Origin: Lepidodermella squamata
Lineage: Eukaryota > Animalia > Gastrotricha
Length of the DNA stretch: 64,000 nucleotides
Assembly (NCBI GenBank): GCA_047495785.1
Contig: JBLDXI010000023.1
Span: 682,001 to 746,000 of the forward strand
Reading direction: 5' to 3'
Part shown: in pieces, positions 36,494 through 46,756 of the stretch
Layout of the letters: every line of letters begins with the position of its first letter
Position numbering within the stretch: the first letter of the stretch is position 1
The notes under the pieces: generated by a model
The model's input: the letters and a program-made list of their open reading frames with translations, nothing else
Database searches by the model: none
Told to the model about the DNA's origin: nothing
Program-made: the position numbers and the translations under genes

Positions 36494-37672
36494 TTATCTT
36501 TGAATCAGCCAAATCGTAAGAAATGAAATTAAATACAGAAAGAACGCGACATTAAACATGATGATATCAACAACCATATAACGAGCAATGTTTTTGTTAC
36601 CGAAAGCTTTGATATTTGCCCCGCCGATTCCTGGGAACATGGCAAGGAATCCGCACATTATCGCCTCGTATAGCACACACAAAGTTGCGATAGCAGCTTG
36701 CGATAAGCTGAAGATTCCAACAACGACCGGGCCAGGAGCTTTCGGCAAATTTTCCTGAATGTTGTCTTGAAGAACGAAAATCGCCAGCATAACAGTGCAT
36801 GCGAAAGCAGGGCGATCTGGAACCTCGGCCGGGATGAAAAATGACGCCAGAACCAACACACTGAGAATGAAACTTGGCGTGAATAGGTATGTTAAGAAAT
36901 ATTGCGGTTTCCGCTTGAATTCGAAGCTGTAACTGGCGAACGATGTACTTTGGTTATTTGCCGGGTCCACAGCGCCGCACGAGGAAGATCGCGTCATGTT
37001 GTCATGTTGCCAGCCTGAATTCATCTTCAGAAAAGGAAATTCGTGAGGGGCTATCAGTGCCTTTGTAAGTTTGGTGTAGTTCTGGGCTTGGGCGAGATAA
37101 AACTCGATCTTGCACACATGGACATCAAAAGGAAAATAGGTAACGTCCAAATCGCAGTAGGAAGTAAATTCCCCTGCGAAACCGAACGTAAGCAATCCGT
37201 TCTGAGTGATCTTAATACGAAGATACCGATAAAACCCGTCATCCATTGATGGGTTTTTGACTGAATTTTCGTGCAACAAATCCGGGAACCAGTATTTAGT
37301 CGGGTCTTCCTTTGACAGCATTGTTATGCTTGGCGGCCATGCTACACTGCCGTTTCGCGATATTTTCCGGTACAAATTTGCGATGCATTTCGATTCGTAT
37401 TTAACATGAAGTGCCCCATAAATAGTGAAGGTTTCAGCAACGTCGTCGATATCGACTAAACGCTTTGGTTTGAAGTCTAGCCAAATAAGAGTCGGTTTAT
37501 TCTCGAGCTCAGTTGGTGTGTTAACATTCGGGCCTATTCTGCAGTTGTCGAGGATCGTTTTGGTCGGGTCGAACTTCCAGATGCTGTTGTTATCTTCAGG
37601 TTCAGCAGAAGCATGGTTAATAACGATAATTGCGAAAATGGTCTGAAATACGTTTGTCATTTGTTCGTTCAT
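36494..37672 (-). CDS. Intronless pLGIC subunit B4
   Basis: 392-aa ORF with signal peptide, Cys-loop and four TM segments. Confidence 0.92.
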   Translation of the reverse strand: MNEQMTNVFQTIFAIIVINHASAEPEDNNSIWKFDPTKTILDNCRIGPNVNTPTELENKPTLIWLDFKPKRLVDIDDVAETFTIYGALHVKYESKCIANLYRKISRNGSVAWPPSITMLSKEDPTKYWFPDLLHENSVKNPSMDDGFYRYLRIKITQNGLLTFGFAGEFTSYCDLDVTYFPFDVHVCKIEFYLAQAQNYTKLTKALIAPHEFPFLKMNSGWQHDNMTRSSSCGAVDPANNQSTSFASYSFEFKRKPQYFLTYLFTPSFILSVLVLASFFIPAEVPDRPAFACTVMLAIFVLQDNIQENLPKAPGPVVVGIFSLSQAAIATLCVLYEAIMCGFLAMFPGIGGANIKAFGNKNIARYMVVDIIMFNVAFFLYLISFLTIWLIQR

Positions 37673-38761
37673 GAAAACGCCTGAAGAACATTACCGATAA
37701 CTGAAATGGTCTTTTCAGGAGCACATCTGAGCCTTTCAATTATTCATACGAACCCTGCGAGCAGCCAGCCGCAATTTCCTCATCCGTTTCACGCTGATAT
37801 CAAGAGGAATTTCATTCGATCGGTTGCAATATAATTAAACTAGGCTTTATTATATCACATTTTGCATCTGATATAATATATCTTTGGTATAATATATTGC
37901 AGTGTGCCATGAACATCGCGCTTCTATCGGCTGTAGAATCGTTTGCGGCGTTTCGACGTTTCAAAATCGATCTATCGATCCATTTAAAAACAAACTTGGG
38001 AGAGGGTTTCTCCGGAGAGCGAACCTTATAATTCGGAACACTCAAACCGACCTTTACCAACTTTCAGAAAATCACTCGGCAATATTGCAGTTATTTTTGG
38101 AAATAATGCTGCTATAAATAGCGTTGTACCAGAACGAAGATTTGCATGTCAGCGAAATGAGCAAAGCTTTTCGAAAAATATGGCTATTCGATGGGCTCAA
38201 TAATGGGCTCACAAATGGGCTAAATATCAAAGAAAACTTTTAATTGCGATGTTCGATAGGAAGCGAGTCCTCCTCCCATCTTCCCACTTGGTCGCCTCAC
38301 AACCGCGTAAGCGTACACGGGGTGTGTGTCCCATGGTCACTTAAAGGTTAAAGCCGTGCCTTCTGTCTCTGGCCATGCCGAGCTTGGGGAGAGTCGCGCA
38401 CTGACTCAGATGTAAAACCCACCTCGAGCATCCTACTTCATCCGCTTCTGATGTAAAACATCATGATTAATGCTATTTAGCGGTGCCTGTTTAATAGCTT
38501 ATTTTTATCCCAGGGACGGGTAACGGTGATTTTCCACCTTCGTCTTTTCATCATCGTCTTGAAAGCTAGGCTATTATCCAAGCTTGCAGCGAAAAAATCA
38601 TTCCGCTTTGGCGAATCGAGCCTTAATTTCTCCGTCCATCTAACGTGGAAATGGGAAAATTGATATTGTGTTCGTTAAAGCCACAATTTTCTTGATTTTT
38701 TCAGACATTTCTGTTTAGTGCAGAGTAAACAATTGTAAGCAAATTTACAAACAAACTGCGG

Positions 38762-39958
38762 ATGACTAGCCGTTATAATTCAAATAAGCTTTATATCTCG
38801 AAAATGTTTCATTTGAAGGCATTACGAGTGTTCTATTTCTATTGTTTAATTCCGTGCTGCCATGCGGATGGCGACACCCAATCTGCTGTTCAGAGGCTCA
38901 TGGAAATCTGTCACATCGAAACGACTGCGAATTCACCTTATGAGTTGCAAAAACTTCCAACCAATGTATCTGTCGAGGCTGTGATCGATCGATTCCTCGG
39001 CATTGACAACGTCGCACAGACCCTTACCTTCGCCGGGATCATTCATGTAACATGGCGTGTCGACTGCGTGGCCGACTACGTCAGAAACGAAACCAATCAA
39101 TGGCCGGCTGTTTATCTCGACGGAATGCTGGACCAGCCTCACGATGACTTTTGGTTCCCTGCACTCCTCCTGCGCAACTCTTACGGCCAGAGGGTCCTAG
39201 ATTCCGATGGTGATTTCGTGAGAACGCTGAATTTTATACCTAAAACAGGAGCCTTCCTCGCAAACTATTTCGGCGATATCGGCACGTTTTGCGACTTGGA
39301 CTTGTTTCGATTTCCTTTTGATACGCAGAATTGTTCGATCGTCATTTCTAGTCGTTTGCCAGTCCGCCATGTAAACCTTATTTCTTCATCTGTCGGCTTC
39401 AAAGCTATTCCAGGGAATTCGATTATTCCAGCGAATTCGAATTGGTTTATTACAGGCAATTTAACTGAATTTCGATCTGTTACAATGCCCCCTTTCGGCG
39501 AATTTCGAGAGGTGAGATTTCGCGTGTTCCTCAAGCGAAATCCGCATTACATTGTAATGATTCTATTCGTGCCGAGTTTCCTCTTAAATTTCCTGATATT
39601 CGCCGCTTTCCTCATCCCAGCCACCGAGCCAGACCGCCCGGCGTTCGCCTGTGCTGTCATGCTGTCCATCATGGTTCTGCAGGGTGATTTCAACGACTTG
39701 ATCCCCCCAACGCCTCGCCAAGTCATCGCCGTGTTCTACCTTACTGGGGTCGTTGTTTTTGCCGTATCTGTCGCGATATATTCCGCGTTCATGTGTGGCT
39801 ATACGACTCTGTGGCCGGATAAAGCTGAGGCAAATCAGAAAATTTATGGTGCCGAAATGAGACATTTTATTTTTATAGACCTTGTCTCGTTCGCGTGCCA
39901 CGCATTTACTTTGTCGATATTTTACTGTGTTATTTTCATTATGCTACTGAGTGAATGA
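38762..39958 (+). CDS. Intronless pLGIC subunit D1
   Basis: Signal peptide, FWFP, CDLDLFRFPFDTQNC, PDRPAFACAVML, four TM segments; inverted relative to the rest of the array. Confidence 0.92.
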   Translation: MTSRYNSNKLYISKMFHLKALRVFYFYCLIPCCHADGDTQSAVQRLMEICHIETTANSPYELQKLPTNVSVEAVIDRFLGIDNVAQTLTFAGIIHVTWRVDCVADYVRNETNQWPAVYLDGMLDQPHDDFWFPALLLRNSYGQRVLDSDGDFVRTLNFIPKTGAFLANYFGDIGTFCDLDLFRFPFDTQNCSIVISSRLPVRHVNLISSSVGFKAIPGNSIIPANSNWFITGNLTEFRSVTMPPFGEFREVRFRVFLKRNPHYIVMILFVPSFLLNFLIFAAFLIPATEPDRPAFACAVMLSIMVLQGDFNDLIPPTPRQVIAVFYLTGVVVFAVSVAIYSAFMCGYTTLWPDKAEANQKIYGAEMRHFIFIDLVSFACHAFTLSIFYCVIFIMLLSE

Positions 39959-40530
39959 GAGCAATCTTAATCAGCTGTACGGAATTATCTACTTCAGAAT
40001 GGATTTTTGAATTGTTTATCAAAATAAATGTAGTATGAGAATTCGGAGTGAGCGAAAGAGATATTAATGCCAACATTAAGACAAAATCGCATAGTATTTA
40101 CTTATTAAAAGTTTCTTTGGTATTGTAATACGGATGATACATTATTCATTTTGATTTTCATGCCAATCATTCGAGCCGCCTATTTGGGATGTCTCTGAAG
40201 ATCATTCCGTTTTACAGCCTGTCCCATAAGAAGTGGTTAGAGGTTTTGCTTTCTAAATCGCCAATTCTTGGAATCATAATGACGTCGAAATCAACCGTTG
40301 GATAGAGGACTGATTTTGTTTGAGCCATTGCTTTGCTGTGTGCGTAAATCGATTTTGTTCGCACGCGGGCAGCTTGTTGTCTTAGAAAAAATACTTCTCG
40401 CAGGCGGATGCGATATTTCTGGTAGAGCGCAAATAAATCCGGCTCCTCATACCGGCTACTCAACGCAAACATATACCAACTCGGAACATTCTGACAGGCA
40501 GTCGCGAATTGCTGTATTCTTAGTTGAGTC

Positions 40531-41703
40531 ATGTTTGTAATCGAAGCCATTGGAATTATGAATCTGGGGACATTCTTTATTCTCAGCACGTGTTTCTCAG
40601 GCTTGATTTGCGATTCAAGCAGCGCCTTTCACCCGGCTGTTAAACGCCTAATGGAACATTGCCACATAGCCGCCACAGCGAATTCACCGAACGAGTTTCA
40701 GAACGTTGCCACCAACGTCACGATTACTGCAATTGCTGACCGCTTTCTCGGAATCGATAACGTCGCAGAGACCTTAACTATCACAGGTTACATCCAGGCT
40801 ACCTGGCGAATCAACTGCGTGGCTGATTACGTTAACAACAAGACGAATCAATGGCCTGAGGAATTTTTCAACGAAATGTTAGACCAACCTCATGATGGCG
40901 TTTGGTTCCCTGCACTCCTCCTGCGTAACTCGTACGGCCAGAGGGTGCTGGATTCTACTGGAGAATTCATCAAAACCTTGAACATTCTGCCTAAATCTGG
41001 AATTTTCCTGTCAAATTATTTTGGAAATATCGGCACATATTGCGACTTGGACTTGTTCCGATTTCCATTCGATACGCAGATTTGTTCGATAGTCATTTCC
41101 AGCCGTTTGCCAGCCAATCACGTCAACATTTTGTCAAGTGGTGGCTTTCAAATTGTCATCGGGAGTCCGTTGATACCTGCCAATTCTAACTGGAATATAA
41201 CAGGCAACGTTACTGAACTTCGATCTGTTACGATGCCCCCTTTCGGTGAATTTCGAGAGGTGAGATTCCGCGTGTTCCTCAAGCGAAATCCGCATTACAT
41301 TGTGATGATTCTTTTCGTGCCGAGTTTCCTCTTAAATTTCCTGATATTCGCCGCTTTCCTCATCCCAGCCACCGAGCCAGACCGCCCGGCATTCGCCTGT
41401 TCTGTCATGTTGTCCATCATGGTGTTACGAGGACAATTCACGGGATTAGTTCCGGCTACGCCGAGGTCGATGATAGCTGAGTACTATTTCACTGGAGTTG
41501 TTGTTTTCGCCGTGTCTGTCGCGATATATTCTGCCTTCATGTGTGGCTATACGCTTCTCTGGCCTGATAAAGCGTCGATCCCACGCAGATTAGTTGGAAA
41601 AGAAATGAGATACTTTCTGCTTATTGACTTGATCTCGTTCATTTGCCATGCTGTGATACTATCCCTTTTCCACGCAACCATTTTCATCGCTTTTCTTGAT
41701 TGA
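40531..41703 (+). CDS. Intronless pLGIC subunit D2
   Basis: Paralog of D1; CDLDLFRFPFDTQIC; start may be ATG 40558. Confidence 0.92.
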   Translation: MFVIEAIGIMNLGTFFILSTCFSGLICDSSSAFHPAVKRLMEHCHIAATANSPNEFQNVATNVTITAIADRFLGIDNVAETLTITGYIQATWRINCVADYVNNKTNQWPEEFFNEMLDQPHDGVWFPALLLRNSYGQRVLDSTGEFIKTLNILPKSGIFLSNYFGNIGTYCDLDLFRFPFDTQICSIVISSRLPANHVNILSSGGFQIVIGSPLIPANSNWNITGNVTELRSVTMPPFGEFREVRFRVFLKRNPHYIVMILFVPSFLLNFLIFAAFLIPATEPDRPAFACSVMLSIMVLRGQFTGLVPATPRSMIAEYYFTGVVVFAVSVAIYSAFMCGYTLLWPDKASIPRRLVGKEMRYFLLIDLISFICHAVILSLFHATIFIAFLD

Positions 41704-42189
41704 GGTCGTTTCTCAGAAAAGCCTAAGTTCTACATTCATGTTGCGATTAAATTTCTGTATCCCATTTTAACATAAAAAAATGAACAATCGAGATGCCAGC
41801 TGACAGATCATTACCGACGAATTCTGACCACGCTTTTCACGGCCCGCTGAATATTAAAATGTGAATCAAGTTCAAAATGAACTGTATTATCTAGTATAAT
41901 TAACTGTATAATTAACTGTAGAAAAGTGGTAAACACGCTTTCGTCGTTTTGTTGTACCGAGGTCTTGAAAGAAGGTTATATTACGTTGATATTGAAGTAT
42001 TATCGGTTAGCTTTAGTTCTGTGTGATCGGAAGAAGATATCGGCAATGAAACCAGGAACACAGAAAACATTTTCGAATAGAATTGACTGTGATAATAAAC
42101 TGATCTAGATAGTTATATTAGGGTTGTATTATAATATAATAAAGGCGCCATAACACCCAAACGTTTGCATTCGTTAAACAGCTCCGAGG

Positions 42190-43345
42190 TCACTTCAAAA
42201 TTAGATATGCTGTGACATTTGACACTAAATACATAGTGACTGCGAGTTGAAACATGAAGATATCAACGATTATATAGTTAGCCACTTTTTTGCCAAAAAT
42301 GTTCAAATTTTTCCTGGCGAATCCCGGAAAGTTGTTGAGAATTCCGCACATGATTGCTTCGTAAAGAACACACACAGTTGCGATGGCAACTTGTGACAAG
42401 CTGAGAATTCCAGCAACAACCGGGGTGGGTGTTTTCGGCAAATTAGCCTGGACGTTGTCTTGAAGAACGAATATCGCAAGCATGACAGTGCAGGCGAACG
42501 CAGGACGATCTGGGGCATCAGCTGGGATGAAGAATGACGCCAGAACCAGCAAGCTGAGAACTATGCTCGGGGCAAATAGGTATGTCAGAAAATATTGAGG
42601 TTTCCGCCTAAATCCGAAGCTATAACTGGCGGCAGTGAAATCTGTTTCACCTATGGCTGTGTCTTGCCAATACGAGCGTTTCGAGATATCGTGATTCCAG
42701 CCAGAATTAATTTTGAGAAGCATATTATCCTCTTCATTACGATATTTAGCCCTGCTGATTCTGGCGAAATGTTTCCTTTTTGCGAGAAAAAAGTCTATCT
42801 TGCATTCTTGCACGTCGAAAGGAAAATAGGTCACAGCCATGTCGCAATAGGAGGTAAACTTCCCCGTCAAACTAAATGAAACTATGCCATCACGGATATA
42901 GACAGTAAGAGATCGGTGGAAGCCTTCCATCATCGCTAGACTGCCGATTGCATTCTCGTGTAGCAAAGGCGGAAACCAGTATTTACTCGGGTCCTCTTGC
43001 GTTAACTGAGTAGCCCTTGCTGGCCATGCTATGCTACCGTTCAGTGATACATTCCGGTATAAATCGGCGATGCATTTCGATTCATATTCAACGTCAAGTG
43101 TCCCGAAAACTGTAAATGTTTCAGCGATGTCGTCAATGTCGACTAGGCGCTTTGGGTCTAGTCGAAGTTTAATTTTAGTGCTTACGTCTTCTAGTTCAGT
43201 GGGCGAGTTGACAGTCGGTCCTAATCTGCAGTAGCTCAAAATTGTTGCAGTCGGATCGAAGTCTCTGGTGTTGATGTCATGTGCGGGTTTTCCCAATGCA
43301 GGGCTAACGATAAAAGCTGGAAACAGCTAGAAATACCTTCGCCAT
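42190..43345 (-). pseudogene. Intronless pLGIC B5 with a 2-nt deletion in the signal-peptide region
   Basis: ATG 43345 (MAKVFLA) aligns with B6 MVKVLLV but is out of frame with the otherwise intact body (10 nt where B6 has 12). Could be an assembly error. Confidence 0.7.
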
Positions 43346-43741
43346 TTCAATGAAGTAATGTGAAAATTATTGACAATAACACTGGAACACTCCAATATCC
43401 TCGTCTATATGACGTTCATTTTCATGCGAGTGGTTTCACAATAATGCAGCGGCATTGAAGAACAAATATTGCGTCAAAACACACCATTCGTTTTATCATC
43501 CATGCCACAGCACCTCACGAATCGGGGGAGCAAAATAAAAAGCATTGATGTTCAATACATCGAGACCATCGTGGATGATTCGTTCAATATCGTTCGCCGT
43601 GCATAATTCTCATTTAGTTCGGGCCAAATTATTGCGATCGTCGCCATTCAAACTCCCTACCTCGATGTAGTAGTAGTTTATTGTTAAAACAATGATCCGA
43701 CTGATACTAAGTAACAGTTTGCCTATAGCCTATAGACACGG

Positions 43742-44143
43742 CATAGAGAAAAAATGACCAGAGAAAGCACTCAAGCTAAATCCTCATTTTAATTCAAAGT
43801 TGACTTTCTCAAAACGGATATCTCCGTTTTCTACCAAATTTTGCATGCCTATATAACACGAGCTGCTCTTTCACGTGGTATAAGATTTGAGGTGAGCAAC
43901 CCAACCGTTGTTACGATACAAAAACCTCGTTTTCACTATGGTTTTACTTATTTTGATGATATCAAGAGTGAGCAGCAATTGCCAACCTCAAATCTTGTAC
44001 CACGTGAAAGAGCAGCTCGTGTTCTATAGGCATGCAAATAATTTGGTAGAAAACGGAGATATCCGTTTTGAGAAGACAATTGTATAATAATGGAGATCAA
44101 TATTTTAGCTTGAGTGCTTACTCTGGTCATTATTTTCTCTATG
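43742..44143. mobile_element. hAT-type foldback MITE, copy 2
   Basis: CATAG...CTATG termini, long inverted arms, perfect 8-bp TSD AGACACGG. Confidence 0.9.
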
Positions 44144-44265
44144 AGACACGGGTATTTACATTTAACTAATTATTTCTGTACAAATGATTATTTATGATTT
44201 TGCATGAGTCTTTTATCGTTGAAATGATGATGTCGCACATGAGTGACAAAATAACAATTTGTTAG

Positions 44266-44980
44266 AATGTAAAATTGCGGCGATACATCATTCAGGCCCC
44301 AGCACCCAGCACAGTCATTTTAAGCTCCGCTGTCACATCAGATTTTCGAGGTACAACAACTACTTCAAGTAAACGCATATATTTTGCTGTTGGTGCCTGG
44401 AAACAAGGTGTAATTTGCTAGCGACCAATGCGGTGTTGAGCCAAGATTTTCCGGAGGAGAGCCTTACACATGCGCTACCAACTATTTTGGTTTGGTTTGG
44501 TGTTCTAGTGATTCGCTTCGATGTATTCGAAAACCGATTTTCTCTAACCCCTAATCAGCTCTATTTGACGGACATAACACTCAACAAGTATCGAGAATAA
44601 CAAATTGGAAATACTCCTTTAACTCGCAAGAAGTGTAAACGAAAGGTTTTAGCCAGTACCCACTGTCCGCCCCATCGGTATCAAAGAGCCAGGGTACTTG
44701 CAGTTCAAACAATTAATTTTTAATGAATTTTCAACATATTACAATGGTGTCCTTCCTACGATGCATAATCTCAGCAGCTCGCGTAGCTACGGCATTTTTC
44801 CAATGGGACGGTCCGGAAAAGTCTTGGCTTAAAATCTCAGTAGCAGTATCAGGTTACAACCCAGGATGTTTCCCTGGCTATTACCCTGAAACCTCAAACA
44901 AACTGCGATGGGGGCAAGGATGGTCATCGCAAACATTTCTGGCATCGCCACAGTTTGACAATGGATATCCCGGAGGCTGA
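44266..44980 (+). pseudogene. Possible 4-exon gene remnant of unknown family
   Basis: Segments 44266-44368, 44422-44489, 44559-44692 and ~44776-44980 join through GT-AG sites in compatible phases; one in-frame TAA at ~44636; no start found. Confidence 0.35.
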
Positions 44981-45089
44981 AAAAGCTTGGAATAGCTTTG
45001 AACGTCGACTATACTTTTATTTATTGAATTGACAATTCCGCAAAGAATCGCCATGATCTGTGAATTGCTTTCAATCAAATGCCACAAGT

Positions 45090-46244
45090 TCATTTCAGCA
45101 TAAAGCAAACTGTACAATTTGAAATCAAGTAAAGTAGGAATGCTAATTGAAACATAATCATATCAATAATCACATACTGAGGCATTATTTTACCGAAAAT
45201 TCCAAAATGTCTCTCGGAGAATCCCGGAAACATGTTGAGCATTCCACACATGATAGATTCGTAAAGAACACAAACAGATGCTATGACAGCTTGTGACAAG
45301 CTGAAAATGCCAGCAATAACTGGTCTCGGAGTTTTCGGCAAATTTGCCTGGACGTTGTCTTGAAGTACGAAAATCGCAAGCATGACAGTGCAGGCGAAAG
45401 CAGGACGATCGGGAGCAGAGGCCGGGATGAAAAATGACGAAAGAATCAATAAGCTTAGAATTTGGTTCGGTACAAACAGGTATGTAAGAAAATAATGCGG
45501 TTGCCGACTAAACACGAAGCTATAAGTGGCCCTAGTAAAGGCGGTATCACCTTTGGCTCGGCCAAACGAAGAGGCTCGTTTTGAAATATCGTGCAGCCAG
45601 CCCAAATTTGTCTTGAACAGCATATCCCCATTATTGCGATATTTTGCCCCTTTGATTTCGGCGAAACGTCTGCTTTTTGTGAGAAAGAAGTCGATCTTGC
45701 ATTCTTGTACATCGAAAGGAAAATTGGTAACGTGCATATCGCAATACGACGTAAATTTTCCCGTCAAACTAAACGTAACTATGCCCCTACTCACCCAAAT
45801 ACGAAGGGATCGGTAGAAACCATCGACCATCGCCGGACTACCGATTGCATTCTCGTGCAGCAAAGCTGGGAACCAGTATTTACTCGGGTCCTCTTGCGAC
45901 AAGTCAGTTATGCTTGCTGGCCATGCCACGCTACTTTTTAGTGATATATTCCGGTATAAATCAAAGATGCATTTCAATCTATAATAAACTTGAAGTGTCC
46001 CGTACACAGTGAACGTTCCATCAATGTCGTCAATGTCGACTAGGCGCTTCGGGTCAAGTTGGAGCGAAATATTAGCGCTTACATCTTCTAGTTCAGTGGG
46101 CGAGTTGACAGTCGGACCTATTCTGCAATTGCTCAGAATTGTTGCAGTCGGATCAAAGTCACTGATGTTGCTGTTATGCACTGATTCAACCAATGATGGC
46201 TTAACGAAAACAGCTAAAAAGCCTACGAGCAATACCTTCACCAT
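45090..46244 (-). CDS. Intronless pLGIC subunit B6
   Basis: 384-aa ORF; CDMHVTNFPFDVQEC; four TM segments. Confidence 0.92.
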   Translation of the reverse strand: MVKVLLVGFLAVFVKPSLVESVHNSNISDFDPTATILSNCRIGPTVNSPTELEDVSANISLQLDPKRLVDIDDIDGTFTVYGTLQVYYRLKCIFDLYRNISLKSSVAWPASITDLSQEDPSKYWFPALLHENAIGSPAMVDGFYRSLRIWVSRGIVTFSLTGKFTSYCDMHVTNFPFDVQECKIDFFLTKSRRFAEIKGAKYRNNGDMLFKTNLGWLHDISKRASSFGRAKGDTAFTRATYSFVFSRQPHYFLTYLFVPNQILSLLILSSFFIPASAPDRPAFACTVMLAIFVLQDNVQANLPKTPRPVIAGIFSLSQAVIASVCVLYESIMCGMLNMFPGFSERHFGIFGKIMPQYVIIDMIMFQLAFLLYLISNCTVCFMLK

Positions 46245-46756
46245 TCGTGGAAAGTTGATGACAACAATGTGCTATGTTGTAGGATTATTGACTATCACCG
46301 TCCTCAGGTCCAATATCCGGTTGCTGTCGAGTTGATTTTCAAATTATTGAATCGCCAGTGAAGATCAAAAAATGTGCGCACATGCATCTCACGAATCGAA
46401 GGTGGAAAATGAAAAGCCTTGATGCTCAATACATCAGCCTTGAAGCCTTGATGCCCGATTCACATTATTGCAAAAATAGATGCCTGGCTATTCAAAGTCC
46501 CCAACTCGAAGTCTTTTTTGCCCTATTGTAAAGACTATAGGGGTTACTTTGTGGTCAAAGGGCACTTTATTACAGATTTTCGTGGGTGACGAAATTAAAC
46601 TGAGGCTGACGGTGCTTTTGGATTTTGGAATGGAATGCAATCGTAACAGTTATGTCGCTCATCCGTGTCCACTATCTGTGTTTTATTCACTGAAGTGGCC
46701 TAATATCTAAAATCGAAAAGGCTGATAAAGAATTGAAAATTGAAATTGCTCCACCG

